This document shows positions 29,273-38,065 of a DNA stretch of 64,000 nt, piece after piece. The notes under the pieces are model-generated. The model was not told where the DNA came from, made no database searches, and saw only the letters and a program-made list of their open reading frames with translations. The stretch lies in the NCBI GenBank assembly GCA_020059915.1, contig JAGVBB010000004.1:2910-66909 (forward strand). The letters are read 5' to 3'. The position numbers were made by a program, and so were the translations under genes. Numbering within the stretch: the first letter of the stretch is position 1; the number at the start of each line of letters is the position of its first letter. This stretch comes from Minisyncoccota bacterium. Its GTDB lineage: Bacteria > Patescibacteriota > Minisyncoccia > UBA6257 > GWB1-50-10.

Positions 29273-29866
29273 TTATTCTAGTATTCCATCCAAGTTCACA
29301 TCATAAAGAATTTTTTCATTAAGATGAGTGTACTTCACTATTTCCTCCTCCTTAAACCATACCTTAATTTCTCGTTCCGCCTCTTCCACCATATCGGAAC
29401 AATGAATTAAATTTCTTACACATCGTCCATCAAACCCAGCAAGGGCATATGAATCAATAGTATAATCACTTCGGATGGTTCCTACGTCTGAAGTAAGCGG
29501 TTCCGTTCCTCCAACCTGTTTTTTTACAATTTCTACTGCCCTATTTCCTTGGAATATCATCGCAAGCACGGGACTTGCAGTTAAGAATTTTACATTCCCC
29601 TCAAGAATATCTTTCCCATATTCAATCTCGCTTTTTTCAATCGGAAGACCTTTCTCTTTTCTTTCGTTTAAATTTCTCGTCCCAACTTTTAAAAACCATG
29701 CCTCATCTTTGTTGTAATGTGCAAGACTTTGTTCGCGCGTAGGAATAAGAAATTTTGCTGCGACCATCTTGAGCCCCGTTCGTTCAATCCGATGAATAAG
29801 TTCACCCATCAAACTTCTCTGTACCGCATCTGGTTTTAATATGACAAATGTTCGTTCGTTTTTCAT
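29273..29866 (-). CDS. ndk: Nucleoside-diphosphate kinase
   Basis: ERTFVILKPDAVQR, GTIRSD, RNLIHCSD. Confidence 0.94.
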   Translation of the reverse strand: MKNERTFVILKPDAVQRSLMGELIHRIERTGLKMVAAKFLIPTREQSLAHYNKDEAWFLKVGTRNLNERKEKGLPIEKSEIEYGKDILEGNVKFLTASPVLAMIFQGNRAVEIVKKQVGGTEPLTSDVGTIRSDYTIDSYALAGFDGRCVRNLIHCSDMVEEAEREIKVWFKEEEIVKYTHLNEKILYDVNLDGILE

Positions 29867-29975
29867 AATTTACTTAGGCAGTATATCTTTTTCTTGTAAA
29901 AAAGTGAAGTAATAAATACAAAAAATCCGTATTCCTACGGATTTTTCCTATACCTTATTCACTAAACCCTAATTG

Positions 29976-31442
29976 CTATTTTTGTGGTTTCTTTTTTATT
30001 TCTAGCCGTAACTCGCGTAATTGTTCCATGGAAACCTCTGAAGGCGCATTCATCATCAGGTCACTTCCATCCCCCGTCTTTGGAAACGCAATGACTTCAC
30101 GGATATTTGGTTCGTTTTCTAAGATCATCATCACTCGATCCATTCCCCATGCAATTCCTCCATGTGGCGGAGCCCCAAAATCAAAGGCTTCAAGCATATG
30201 TCCAAAATTCTTGAGAATCCTCTCTTCCTCAAATCCCATTATTTTAAATACAGATTTTAATGCTTCTGCTTGATGATTGCGAATACTTCCTCCGCCAATC
30301 TCCCAACCATTGAGCACTATGTCATATTGAGTAGTAAGAATATCTCCAATATTTTTTCCTTCGAGCAAATCATTCATATATTCTGGTTTTGGTGCAGAAA
30401 ATGGATTGTGTGTGAAGGTCCAAACATCTTTAGATGTTTGTCCTGAGCTTGTCGAAGGACTCACCCCTCGACCCTGCTCGGGGTTTCGCTCGTCTTTGAC
30501 TCGCTCAAAAAATGGAAAATCAATTACCCAACAGAAGGCAAGTAAATTTGGATCGTCTTTATCCTCACGTAAATCAGGTCTATCAGTCCCATATGTTTCT
30601 TGTGCTTCTTTATATGAAATCCTAGGAAAAGGAATTTGTTGAATTTTTTTCTCTGGATATAATTCGGTAACTAACTTTATTAACAGTGCTTCATTTACTG
30701 CCATTACATCCTCTCTATTCACAAAACTCATTTCCATATCAAGTTGTGTAAATTCTGGCTGACGATCTCCTCGGGTATCTTCATCTCTAAAACATCGTGC
30801 AAGCTGAAAATATCTATCAAACCCCGCAACCATACACAGTTGTTTGTACTGCTGTGGCGATTGTGGAAGCGCGTAAAACGTTCCTTCGTGAATACGTGAA
30901 GGCACCAAATAATCTCGTGCTCCTTCTGGAGTTGATTTAGTAAGTATTGGAGTTTCTACCTCTACAAAGTTCTCTCCAATAAGATAATTGCGAATCAATT
31001 GGAATACTTTTGTGCGATTACGAAAATTTTTCTGGAGACGTGGACGACGAACATCAATATATCGATATTTCATCCGCACCTCTTCACTCACATCACGTCC
31101 ATCAGCGTTAACCTCAAATGGTGGTGTCTTTGCCTCGTTTGATATGATCAACCCCGTTGCAAGTATTTCATATGCACCAGATATAATTTTTTCATTAATC
31201 AACCCCTCAGGACGTTTTTGAACAGTTCCGATAAGTTCAATGACCCACTCAGAACGTAACGCACTTGCCACTTCATGCAACTCCTTATTGTTTGGTAAAA
31301 ACACAACCTGTGCAGGTCCCGTCCAATCGCGGACATCAATGAAGATTAATTTCCCATGATCGCGACGAACATCAACCCATCCTTTGATGGTAATTTCTTC
31401 CCCGACGTGTGCACCAATATCTTTAATAAGTGTTCGTTCCAT
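29976..31442 (-). CDS. aspS: Aspartate--tRNA(Asp/Asn) ligase, short GAD-less form with an in-frame repeat insertion
   Basis: RRDHG, TPEGARDY, LPQSPQQYKQ, RQPEFTQLD, GAPPHGG; start ATG 31442 (the ORF extension upstream runs through a repeat). Confidence 0.95.
   Translation of the reverse strand: MERTLIKDIGAHVGEEITIKGWVDVRRDHGKLIFIDVRDWTGPAQVVFLPNNKELHEVASALRSEWVIELIGTVQKRPEGLINEKIISGAYEILATGLIISNEAKTPPFEVNADGRDVSEEVRMKYRYIDVRRPRLQKNFRNRTKVFQLIRNYLIGENFVEVETPILTKSTPEGARDYLVPSRIHEGTFYALPQSPQQYKQLCMVAGFDRYFQLARCFRDEDTRGDRQPEFTQLDMEMSFVNREDVMAVNEALLIKLVTELYPEKKIQQIPFPRISYKEAQETYGTDRPDLREDKDDPNLLAFCWVIDFPFFERVKDERNPEQGRGVSPSTSSGQTSKDVWTFTHNPFSAPKPEYMNDLLEGKNIGDILTTQYDIVLNGWEIGGGSIRNHQAEALKSVFKIMGFEEERILKNFGHMLEAFDFGAPPHGGIAWGMDRVMMILENEPNIREVIAFPKTGDGSDLMMNAPSEVSMEQLRELRLEIKKKPQK
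30421..30483. repeat. Nested palindromes inserted in frame in aspS
   Basis: CAAACATCT-tt-AGATGTTTG, TCCTGAGCTTGTCGAAGGA, CCCTCGACCCTGCTCGGGG; encodes NPEQGRGVSPSTSSGQTSKDV. Confidence 0.7.
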
Positions 31443-31497
31443 ATCAAGTTCAGAATACCAATTTACATTATAAAAATCAAAACACGTTTCTCTACTC

Positions 31498-31546
31498 AAC
31501 TGATTGAGGTCCGACCTACCTACCGGCAGGCAGGCCTCAATCAGTT
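31498..31546. repeat. 20-bp REP-like palindrome inside a larger hairpin upstream of aspS
   Basis: AACTGATTGAGG...CCTACCTACCGGCAGGCAGG-CCTCAATCAGTT. Confidence 0.75.
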
Positions 31547-31583
31547 GTTTAAAAATTTTGAGATTTGATTTTTGCACTTTGAT

Positions 31584-32465
31584 CTATCGTTCTTTGTAAA
31601 TATCTACTTTTCCATTTCCCAACAACTCAATTGTTACTATTCCATTCTGATCGGTGCGAAATACGCGCGCGCCAATATCTGAAAGTCGAGAAAGTACCTC
31701 TGGTGTTGGATGTCCATATGAATTTTTTCCAACTTCAATTACTGCAATACTTGGTTTCACCATAGTAAGAAAAGAAACCGCAGAGGAATATTTTGATCCG
31801 TGATGTCCCACCTTCAAAACATCTGCTGATACAGTATCTAACTTCTGGAGAAATCGTTCGCCTCGACTTCCAATATCCCCAACAAATAAGGCGCTTATTC
31901 CCCCATCCAAAAAACGCAACACTAACGAACTATCATTTGTTTCTTTTGTATTCTTCAATACATCATCAGGAGCAAGAACATCGAAACGCGAATCATTAAT
32001 ACGGACCTTGTCATATTGGGTAAGCATAATAAGTTGCACATGTTTTTCTTTTGCTTTTCGTTCAATATCTTTCCACATACCACTTGAGGTTTCTCGCCCA
32101 GAATATAAAATGGCGCCAACTTTGTACGTATCAAGAATAATCGGAATGCCACCTATATGATCTGCCTCTGGGTGCGACACAAATAACAAATCAATGGACC
32201 CAGTACCAGGGGGAAGAACGCGAGATAATGAATCCAAAATTAATCCATGGGAAGCTCCCGAATCAATAAGTGCACGAACTCCTGACTCTAATGAAATAAG
32301 TTCTGCATCACCCTGTCCAACATCAAGAAAATGTATAGTACTCTTTCTTCCGTCTTCATTAAAAAAAGAAAGTAGTAAAATACCATCAGCAAGAAAAAGT
32401 AAAAATAAAAAAACAATACATTGTCTTTTATGGTTCTCTAAGAATGAGAATACGATTTCGTGCAT
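31584..32465 (-). CDS. ComEC-associated metallo-beta-lactamase-fold protein
   Basis: DVGQGDA, SHPEADHIGG, NDSS, KVGHHGS, NSYGHP, RTDQNG. Confidence 0.92.
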   Translation of the reverse strand: MHEIVFSFLENHKRQCIVFLFLLFLADGILLLSFFNEDGRKSTIHFLDVGQGDAELISLESGVRALIDSGASHGLILDSLSRVLPPGTGSIDLLFVSHPEADHIGGIPIILDTYKVGAILYSGRETSSGMWKDIERKAKEKHVQLIMLTQYDKVRINDSRFDVLAPDDVLKNTKETNDSSLVLRFLDGGISALFVGDIGSRGERFLQKLDTVSADVLKVGHHGSKYSSAVSFLTMVKPSIAVIEVGKNSYGHPTPEVLSRLSDIGARVFRTDQNGIVTIELLGNGKVDIYKER

Positions 32466-33879
32466 CTCTTCTTTTTAAGTATATCGAAACAAATATAATG
32501 AGTACCGCATAATAGATAACAAAAAAGAATATGTGTGTGTTAAATTCAACAAACTCAACCATTCCAAACAATCGGATAACCCACAACTCAAATTTCAAAA
32601 ATATTCCAGCAAACAAAAGTGGTATGCTCGCGAGAAATGACGAAACAAAAGAAAGGAACGCTCCAAAAAATCCGAATGCCATGGTAATAGGAACAAATTC
32701 AAGAAGAATAACACTCGAAATAACACCAACAACTGATATCACACCAAATTGCAACGCAATGATGGGAAGCGTGGCCAATTGGGCAGAGAAAGAATCAATA
32801 AGCACTTTTAAAACTTTGTGTTTTTCAGAAATATGGAAAAACTCCATGAGTGCTGGCGAACAATATGCAATACCCAAAAATGCGGCAAAAGAAAGTTGGA
32901 ATCCAACATCAAATATAAGCACAAACGGATTGACGACAGTCATGGCAACCGCGGCAAGAATAACCGCCTGCCGAATATCAAATGATCTTCCCACCAGTCC
33001 AGCAATGATACTAATGGACCCCAATAGAGCAGCGCGCACCAATGAGCTTTCTGCACCAGCAAACAAAGAAAACAACACAATACAAAAACCAGTAAGCATA
33101 ATTGCATATCGTTTTTTCATTACATATGCGAAAACAAGCATAAGCACATTGATCACAATCATAATGTTATATCCAGAAAGCGCCACCAAATGCGTTGTTC
33201 CACTTTTTTTCATTGCAGTTTGAAGATCTTGTGGAAATTCACCCTTGGCACCGATGGTGAGTCCGGCAAGAAACACCGCCTCGTCACGAGGAAGTATTTT
33301 TTTGAATGTATATATGATCTGTTCACGCATAGAAAAGATTCCTTTTTTTATAAAGGACTCATCTCGTATAGAAAGTTTGGAAATTTTTGGATATGCAATG
33401 GTTCCATACACATGCTCCTTAAGAAAATACATTTTTTGCTTTTCTGTTGGAGGGGCCACCACCCCAGTACCGCGAACACAATCCCCATAAGAAATTGGTT
33501 CGCCAACCCGCATTTTTGCGTTAACCGCACCAACAAACGGGCTTTGTATCTGTAACTTCATTTCGTTTGAAACGCCGGAAGTTTTTACCTCACTAGAAAC
33601 ACATCCGGTGAATTCTATTGGTGTGTTATAAGGAACTGAAACAGAAACAAATCGCTCGTATCGAATACTAACAAATAAAAATCCAATAATAATACATAAA
33701 AAACAAATGCCAAGACTTCGAATCCATTTCTCTTGTGTTATATAGGCATGAACAAAACAGCCGATTGTACAAATAATCGTGCCACAGGTGACAAAAAAAG
33801 ACGGCACCCCCAAGAGTGCCGAAGATACACCTATTAAAAATGCACAACCCCCATAAAAACAGTAGTCGTGAGAACGCAT
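32428..33879 (-). CDS. comEC: ComEC/Rec2 competence membrane channel domain protein
   Basis: GTTHLVALSGYN, SSLVRA, DVGFQLSF; many TM segments. Confidence 0.92.
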   Translation of the reverse strand: MRSHDYCFYGGCAFLIGVSSALLGVPSFFVTCGTIICTIGCFVHAYITQEKWIRSLGICFLCIIIGFLFVSIRYERFVSVSVPYNTPIEFTGCVSSEVKTSGVSNEMKLQIQSPFVGAVNAKMRVGEPISYGDCVRGTGVVAPPTEKQKMYFLKEHVYGTIAYPKISKLSIRDESFIKKGIFSMREQIIYTFKKILPRDEAVFLAGLTIGAKGEFPQDLQTAMKKSGTTHLVALSGYNIMIVINVLMLVFAYVMKKRYAIMLTGFCIVLFSLFAGAESSLVRAALLGSISIIAGLVGRSFDIRQAVILAAVAMTVVNPFVLIFDVGFQLSFAAFLGIAYCSPALMEFFHISEKHKVLKVLIDSFSAQLATLPIIALQFGVISVVGVISSVILLEFVPITMAFGFFGAFLSFVSSFLASIPLLFAGIFLKFELWVIRLFGMVEFVEFNTHIFFFVIYYAVLIIFVSIYLKRRDARNRILILREP

Positions 33880-33885
33880 TGTTCT

Positions 33886-34467
33886 TTATTCACCAACTAC
33901 CTGGATATGCACCGATCCATCGCGTATCGAAAAATCTTTCCATTGAGCGTTTTCAACATGCAACCAATCATTCATTGTTTTCTTTTTGAGAATAAAATCC
34001 CCTACGCGTTCAACAAAAGATGCGGGAGTTCTGAAAATTCCATACCGCGCTGAATGAATAGATATCACTGGTTCGTTTTGTTCAATCGAAATTGATGCTT
34101 CTACCACTAAATTTCCTTTTATAGGTCGAAGGAGTCTTCCGGTAAATTCAACAACACCATCCTTTAATGTGACTGAAGCATTGTCCATAAACCAAGAAAT
34201 GTTTTTTGATGCAAGAATCCCCTCAATGAATCCGTTTAATTCTTCTTCTGTATACGTTGCATCAATAACAACACCTTCAGATAATGTTCCCCTCCCCAGC
34301 ATATTGATTGCCTCCCATTTTGTCGGGCGTAAATTCTCTTGGATAGACATCTGTGTCAAATCCTGTGCAAATACCCTTTTTGTCTTTGCCTCCGTAACAA
34401 GAACAGAGCCCGTCATACATAGGGCTAGAAAAACCAATATACCAAGCGGTTTTTGTATATTCCGCAT
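33886..34467 (-). CDS. Hypothetical exported protein (beta-rich)
   Basis: Signal-peptide-like N-terminus; promoter GGTGTATAAT upstream; first gene of the comEC operon. Confidence 0.7.
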   Translation of the reverse strand: MRNIQKPLGILVFLALCMTGSVLVTEAKTKRVFAQDLTQMSIQENLRPTKWEAINMLGRGTLSEGVVIDATYTEEELNGFIEGILASKNISWFMDNASVTLKDGVVEFTGRLLRPIKGNLVVEASISIEQNEPVISIHSARYGIFRTPASFVERVGDFILKKKTMNDWLHVENAQWKDFSIRDGSVHIQVVGE

Positions 34468-34523
34468 AATTGTCTACCTATTATACACCAAAATAGGTCA
34501 AAACGCAAAAATAAAATTACAAT

Positions 34524-35780
34524 TTATAAAATAACTCCACCACCAAGCATCATGCCATTGTTATCATAAAAGACAGCCGACTGTCCTTCTGCAACAAATT
34601 TTTGCGGAGAATTAAAGTTCAACTTACAACTTACAACCAACGACCCACAACAAGAAAGAGAAAGAGTTGCATCAAAAAGCGGTTGGCGATATCGAACTCG
34701 CGCCCTTACGGGAAGTTCAACCGCATATTCCCCTTCATTTTTCAAAACTGATGTATCAATAACAACCCCAGTAAGATCAACTTCTTTTTTTGTAAGTGCA
34801 TCGTGTTCTCCACCTTCCGCAACATACAAGATATTATTTTTTATATCCTTCTTTGCAATATAAAATGGTTTTCTATTATTCTGTTCTCTTTTTTGTTTTA
34901 AGCTTTCTGCAATCTGCTGTCTGTTGTTGTTTGTTGTCGGTTGTCGGTTGTCGGTTGTAGGTTGTAGGTTGTTTGTTATCTGTTCTATATCAAAATGTCG
35001 CTGTCCTATAGTATAAAAGCGAACACCTTTATGGTATCCAACTAACTCTTCATCAACCGTTCGTACCTCACCACGCTCTTCTTTAATAAATGTGGTGAGA
35101 AAATCTTTCATATCCACCATTCCCAAAAAACAAACACCTTGGGAATCCTTTTTCTCTGCAGTGGGAAGTCCAATCTTTTTTGCAATTGCTCGCACCTCCG
35201 GTTTTGTAATATCTCCCAATGGAAATAACGAATGTTTTAATTGCTCCTGCGTGAGCGTCCACAAAAAATACGACTGATCCTTATTTTTATCCTCCGCTAT
35301 TTGTAGAGAAAAATGAGGTAAGGTTTGATATTCTTGTGAAGAGTAAGACTTGGGCGTCGCCCCGGAGACACTCTGAACAGGAATATCAAATCTTACCGAC
35401 CGAACGTAATGTCCCGTCGCCACATAATCAGCACCAAGCTTTAATGCTCGCTCCAAAAATAAACCGAACTTAATTTCTTTGTTACACATCACATCAGGAT
35501 TTGGGGTGAGTCCTGCTTTGTATCCCTCAATCATATAGTCCACCACACGTCGCTTATATTCTTCTTCGAAATCAAATACATAAAACGGAATGTTCAAATG
35601 CTCCGCAACACGCCGCGCATCTTCCGCATCACGCTCTGCACATCCATCAATGTTATAACAGCGCAAAAAAACACCCACGACATCATAGCCCTGTTCTTTT
35701 AATAAATATGCAGCCACCGAGGAATCAACGCCCCCCGAAAGCCCCACAAATACTCTCTTTTTGTGTGTTTTTTCTAACAT
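34524..35780 (-). CDS. mnmA: tRNA 2-thiouridine(34) synthase MnmA, enlarged by three in-frame repeat insertions
   Basis: SGGVDS, TPNPDVMCN, ATGHY, KDQSYFL, KKDSQGVCF, YTIGQR, GQSAVFY. Confidence 0.95.
   Translation of the reverse strand: MLEKTHKKRVFVGLSGGVDSSVAAYLLKEQGYDVVGVFLRCYNIDGCAERDAEDARRVAEHLNIPFYVFDFEEEYKRRVVDYMIEGYKAGLTPNPDVMCNKEIKFGLFLERALKLGADYVATGHYVRSVRFDIPVQSVSGATPKSYSSQEYQTLPHFSLQIAEDKNKDQSYFLWTLTQEQLKHSLFPLGDITKPEVRAIAKKIGLPTAEKKDSQGVCFLGMVDMKDFLTTFIKEERGEVRTVDEELVGYHKGVRFYTIGQRHFDIEQITNNLQPTTDNRQPTTNNNRQQIAESLKQKREQNNRKPFYIAKKDIKNNILYVAEGGEHDALTKKEVDLTGVVIDTSVLKNEGEYAVELPVRARVRYRQPLFDATLSLSCCGSLVVSCKLNFNSPQKFVAEGQSAVFYDNNGMMLGGGVIL
34621..34655. repeat. Heptamer tandem repeat inside mnmA
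   Basis: AACTTAC AACTTAC AACCAAC GACCCAC AACAAGA. Confidence 0.6.
34927..34982. repeat. Eight-unit heptamer tandem repeat inside mnmA
   Basis: TTGTTTG (TTGTCGG)x3 (TTGTAGG)x2 TTGTTTG TTATCTG; encodes QITNNLQPTTDNRQPTTNN. Confidence 0.85.
35317..35397. mobile_element. 81-bp MITE-like palindrome inserted in frame in mnmA
   Basis: 28-bp arms GGTAAGGTTTGATATTCTTGTGAAGAGT / ACTCTGAACAGGAATATCAAATCTTACC (4 mismatches); length is a multiple of 3. Confidence 0.7.
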
Positions 35781-35846
35781 TGACTTTTTTCCTATTTAGG
35801 TGTATAATACTATCACACAATCTTTAATAATAAAAGAGGTTTGAAT
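35780..35846 (+). promoter_or_regulatory. Cassette leader: sigma70 promoter, boxA-like motif, SD
   Basis: TTGACT-17-TATAAT (35780-35808), AATCTTTAATAA (35819-35830), AAGAGG. Confidence 0.75.
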
Positions 35847-36239
35847 ATGAAAAAGGCATTATTAATTGTTCTTCTCGTAATTATTGGTCTAACAGTTTAC
35901 TTCAATATTGGTACCTATTACTACGAAACACAATATAATGTAGTCATAGGAAATGAATATCCATCTTACGCCGACGAATTTCTTGTAATTGGAGAAGGTT
36001 GGTGGCTAATAGAAGGTAATATCGAAAAAAACAACGGAGGTAAAAATATTCAAGAAATTGAAATTGCAATTATATTGTTATGGCCAATAATAACAATAAT
36101 ATCACTTGGAACTTGGTTGGTTTGGCTTATATTTGGAGGTGGATTGCTCGACCTTGTTGGAATAGAATTTCTTGTTCCTATAACAATAATCTTTTTCGGC
36201 GCTCTTACCTATTATCTTATACACAGGAAGAAAAAATAA
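35847..36239 (+). CDS. Hypothetical membrane protein
   Basis: About 3 hydrophobic segments; ATG 35847 follows the SD; ATCCCGCC/GGCGGGAT terminator follows. Confidence 0.72.
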   Translation: MKKALLIVLLVIIGLTVYFNIGTYYYETQYNVVIGNEYPSYADEFLVIGEGWWLIEGNIEKNNGGKNIQEIEIAIILLWPIITIISLGTWLVWLIFGGGLLDLVGIEFLVPITIIFFGALTYYLIHRKKK

Positions 36240-36340
36240 TTTCTATCTTTATAATATCCCGCCTTAGGCGGGATTTTTTATATAAAAATTGCAAAAAAAT
36301 GCAAAATCCCCTAAAATGTGAACGTCGTAATAATATATAT

Positions 36341-36382
36341 TTGGCGTTAGATGTTTGATATACATCAAACATCTGTCGCTAA
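36341..36382. repeat. Palindrome upstream of efp sharing the AGATGTTTG core with the aspS insertion
   Basis: TTGGCG..AGATGTTTGAT-atac-ATCAAACATCT..CGCTAA. Confidence 0.65.
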
Positions 36383-36414
36383 AATCTAATAACTAAACCC
36401 TAATCTCTATTCAT

Positions 36415-36996
36415 ATGGCACAACTTGAATACAATGAACTTAAAGTCGGCACCATTTTCACAAAAAATGACGATCCAAACCCATATCAGGTGTTGGAATA
36501 TGCATTCATCCGAATGCAACAGAGAAAACCGGTAACCCAGCTTAAAATCAAAAATCTTTTAACAGGGAAAAATCAGGACTATACCGCACACCAAAACGAG
36601 GACTTTCGCGAGGCAGAAATTGAAATGATGCCTGTAACATTCCTCTATCACAGCAAGGACCAATACTGGTTCAATGAAACAGGGAATCCAAAAAACCGCT
36701 TCTTCTTAACCGACGCAGTGGTAGAAAATATGGGATCATTTCTCAAACCAAACTTGGAGGTAAAAGCATATAAATTTGGAGATACATTTATCAATATTGA
36801 ACTTCCGGTGAAAATGGAATTTAAGGTGACCGAGGCAGCCCCCGCAGTTCGAGGAAATACCGCACAGGGCGGCGACAAGATGGTGATATTGGAAACCGGC
36901 GCAAAACTTACTGTCCCCATGTTTATTAATGAAGGAGACATCGTCCGAGTAAATACACAAACGGGCGCATACGTGGAACGCGTTGAGAAGGCATAG
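36415..36996 (+). CDS. efp: Elongation factor P
   Basis: PAVRGNTA, LETGAKLTVPMFINEGD, VNTQTGAYVER. Confidence 0.93.
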   Translation: MAQLEYNELKVGTIFTKNDDPNPYQVLEYAFIRMQQRKPVTQLKIKNLLTGKNQDYTAHQNEDFREAEIEMMPVTFLYHSKDQYWFNETGNPKNRFFLTDAVVENMGSFLKPNLEVKAYKFGDTFINIELPVKMEFKVTEAAPAVRGNTAQGGDKMVILETGAKLTVPMFINEGDIVRVNTQTGAYVERVEKA

Positions 36997-37094
36997 TAAT
37001 AGATACTTAGACTTTAGAAATTAGATATTAGAAGTTACATACAATATAAACATTTTAAAAATCCCCGTCTGCCTTCGGCATAACGGGGTTTTTG

Positions 37095-37553
37095 TTATTT
37101 TACTCGTGACTCATAATCAAGCTTTTCAATTTCTTTTGTATATACAGCTATCTGTTTAAACGCATCAACCTGGTACACAGAGAAATTTACTTTGATTTCA
37201 TCATTAATAGGACTGTCATTTAAAAAATTTAATAATAAATGTTCTAATCCTGAATTTAAAAATCTGAAATGATGATTATAATTTGGGAACTCCGGAATTG
37301 TTTCTTTCATTTCTTCATCCAAAGTAGTTTGTTTCCAAAGGATATCAAGAAAACCACGAATGTTTGTCCCCAAAAGAACAAGTCTTCTTCTGTCTGATGT
37401 TTCTTTTTCGCCATGATCCGCATAATAAGTAAGTTCAACCATAATTTTCATAGGAACTTTCTCATGGACAGCGCCCCCATCTAACTGTAGATGTGCACGG
37501 ATCATATGATCTAAAAGACTACTAATCAATCTGAAACTACTTCTTTGATTCAT
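37095..37553 (-). CDS. Hypothetical protein
   Basis: 152-aa ORF with AAGGAGG SD, overlapping the upstream ORF. Confidence 0.7.
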   Translation of the reverse strand: MNQRSSFRLISSLLDHMIRAHLQLDGGAVHEKVPMKIMVELTYYADHGEKETSDRRRLVLLGTNIRGFLDILWKQTTLDEEMKETIPEFPNYNHHFRFLNSGLEHLLLNFLNDSPINDEIKVNFSVYQVDAFKQIAVYTKEIEKLDYESRVK

Positions 37554-37986
37554 ATGTTTCCTCCTTTTGTTTCCTTTTAATCTTTACCCTATCAACGGAA
37601 AGCACATACTTTGATAAGTCGTTTGCTTCAATGTTATGAATTTTTATAGAGAAATCAATATCTTCTTTTATAAATTCCTGAGGCAACACAGAACCGATGA
37701 CAGAAGATATCTCTTCAACCTTCTTTAAAAGATGGAATTGGTTTGGTTGGGAAACAACTGCGCGAGAATTGAGCACCGCCATACCAGGATAGTCGTATGG
37801 AAATGTGAAAACTCGCTTTCTTGTTTCTCCATCAAACAAGAAAGACAAAATGGTAACAGCCTTATCAGAATTCTTCCGATCCTTAAAGGTCATGGTGAAA
37901 TCGAGATATTTAAACGGAGAATTTACCATATTCTCTATCTCACAAAAAAACATACCCATCAGTGATGCATAATCCTTTCGGTTCAT
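37537..37986 (-). CDS. Hypothetical protein
   Basis: 149-aa ORF with AAGGA SD and AT-rich promoter region. Confidence 0.7.
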   Translation of the reverse strand: MNRKDYASLMGMFFCEIENMVNSPFKYLDFTMTFKDRKNSDKAVTILSFLFDGETRKRVFTFPYDYPGMAVLNSRAVVSQPNQFHLLKKVEEISSVIGSVLPQEFIKEDIDFSIKIHNIEANDLSKYVLSVDRVKIKRKQKEETYESKK

Positions 37987-38065
37987 AACATAATTCCTTA
38001 TATTTTTTATTTGAAATGTACAAAAATATTATATAAAAAATCAACAATTTTGTAAAGAGAGGTGA

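Noticed and set aside
31443-31577. 45-aa N-terminal extension of AspRS in the ORF track
   Set aside because: It runs through a palindromic repeat and the promoter region; homology begins at MERT (31442)
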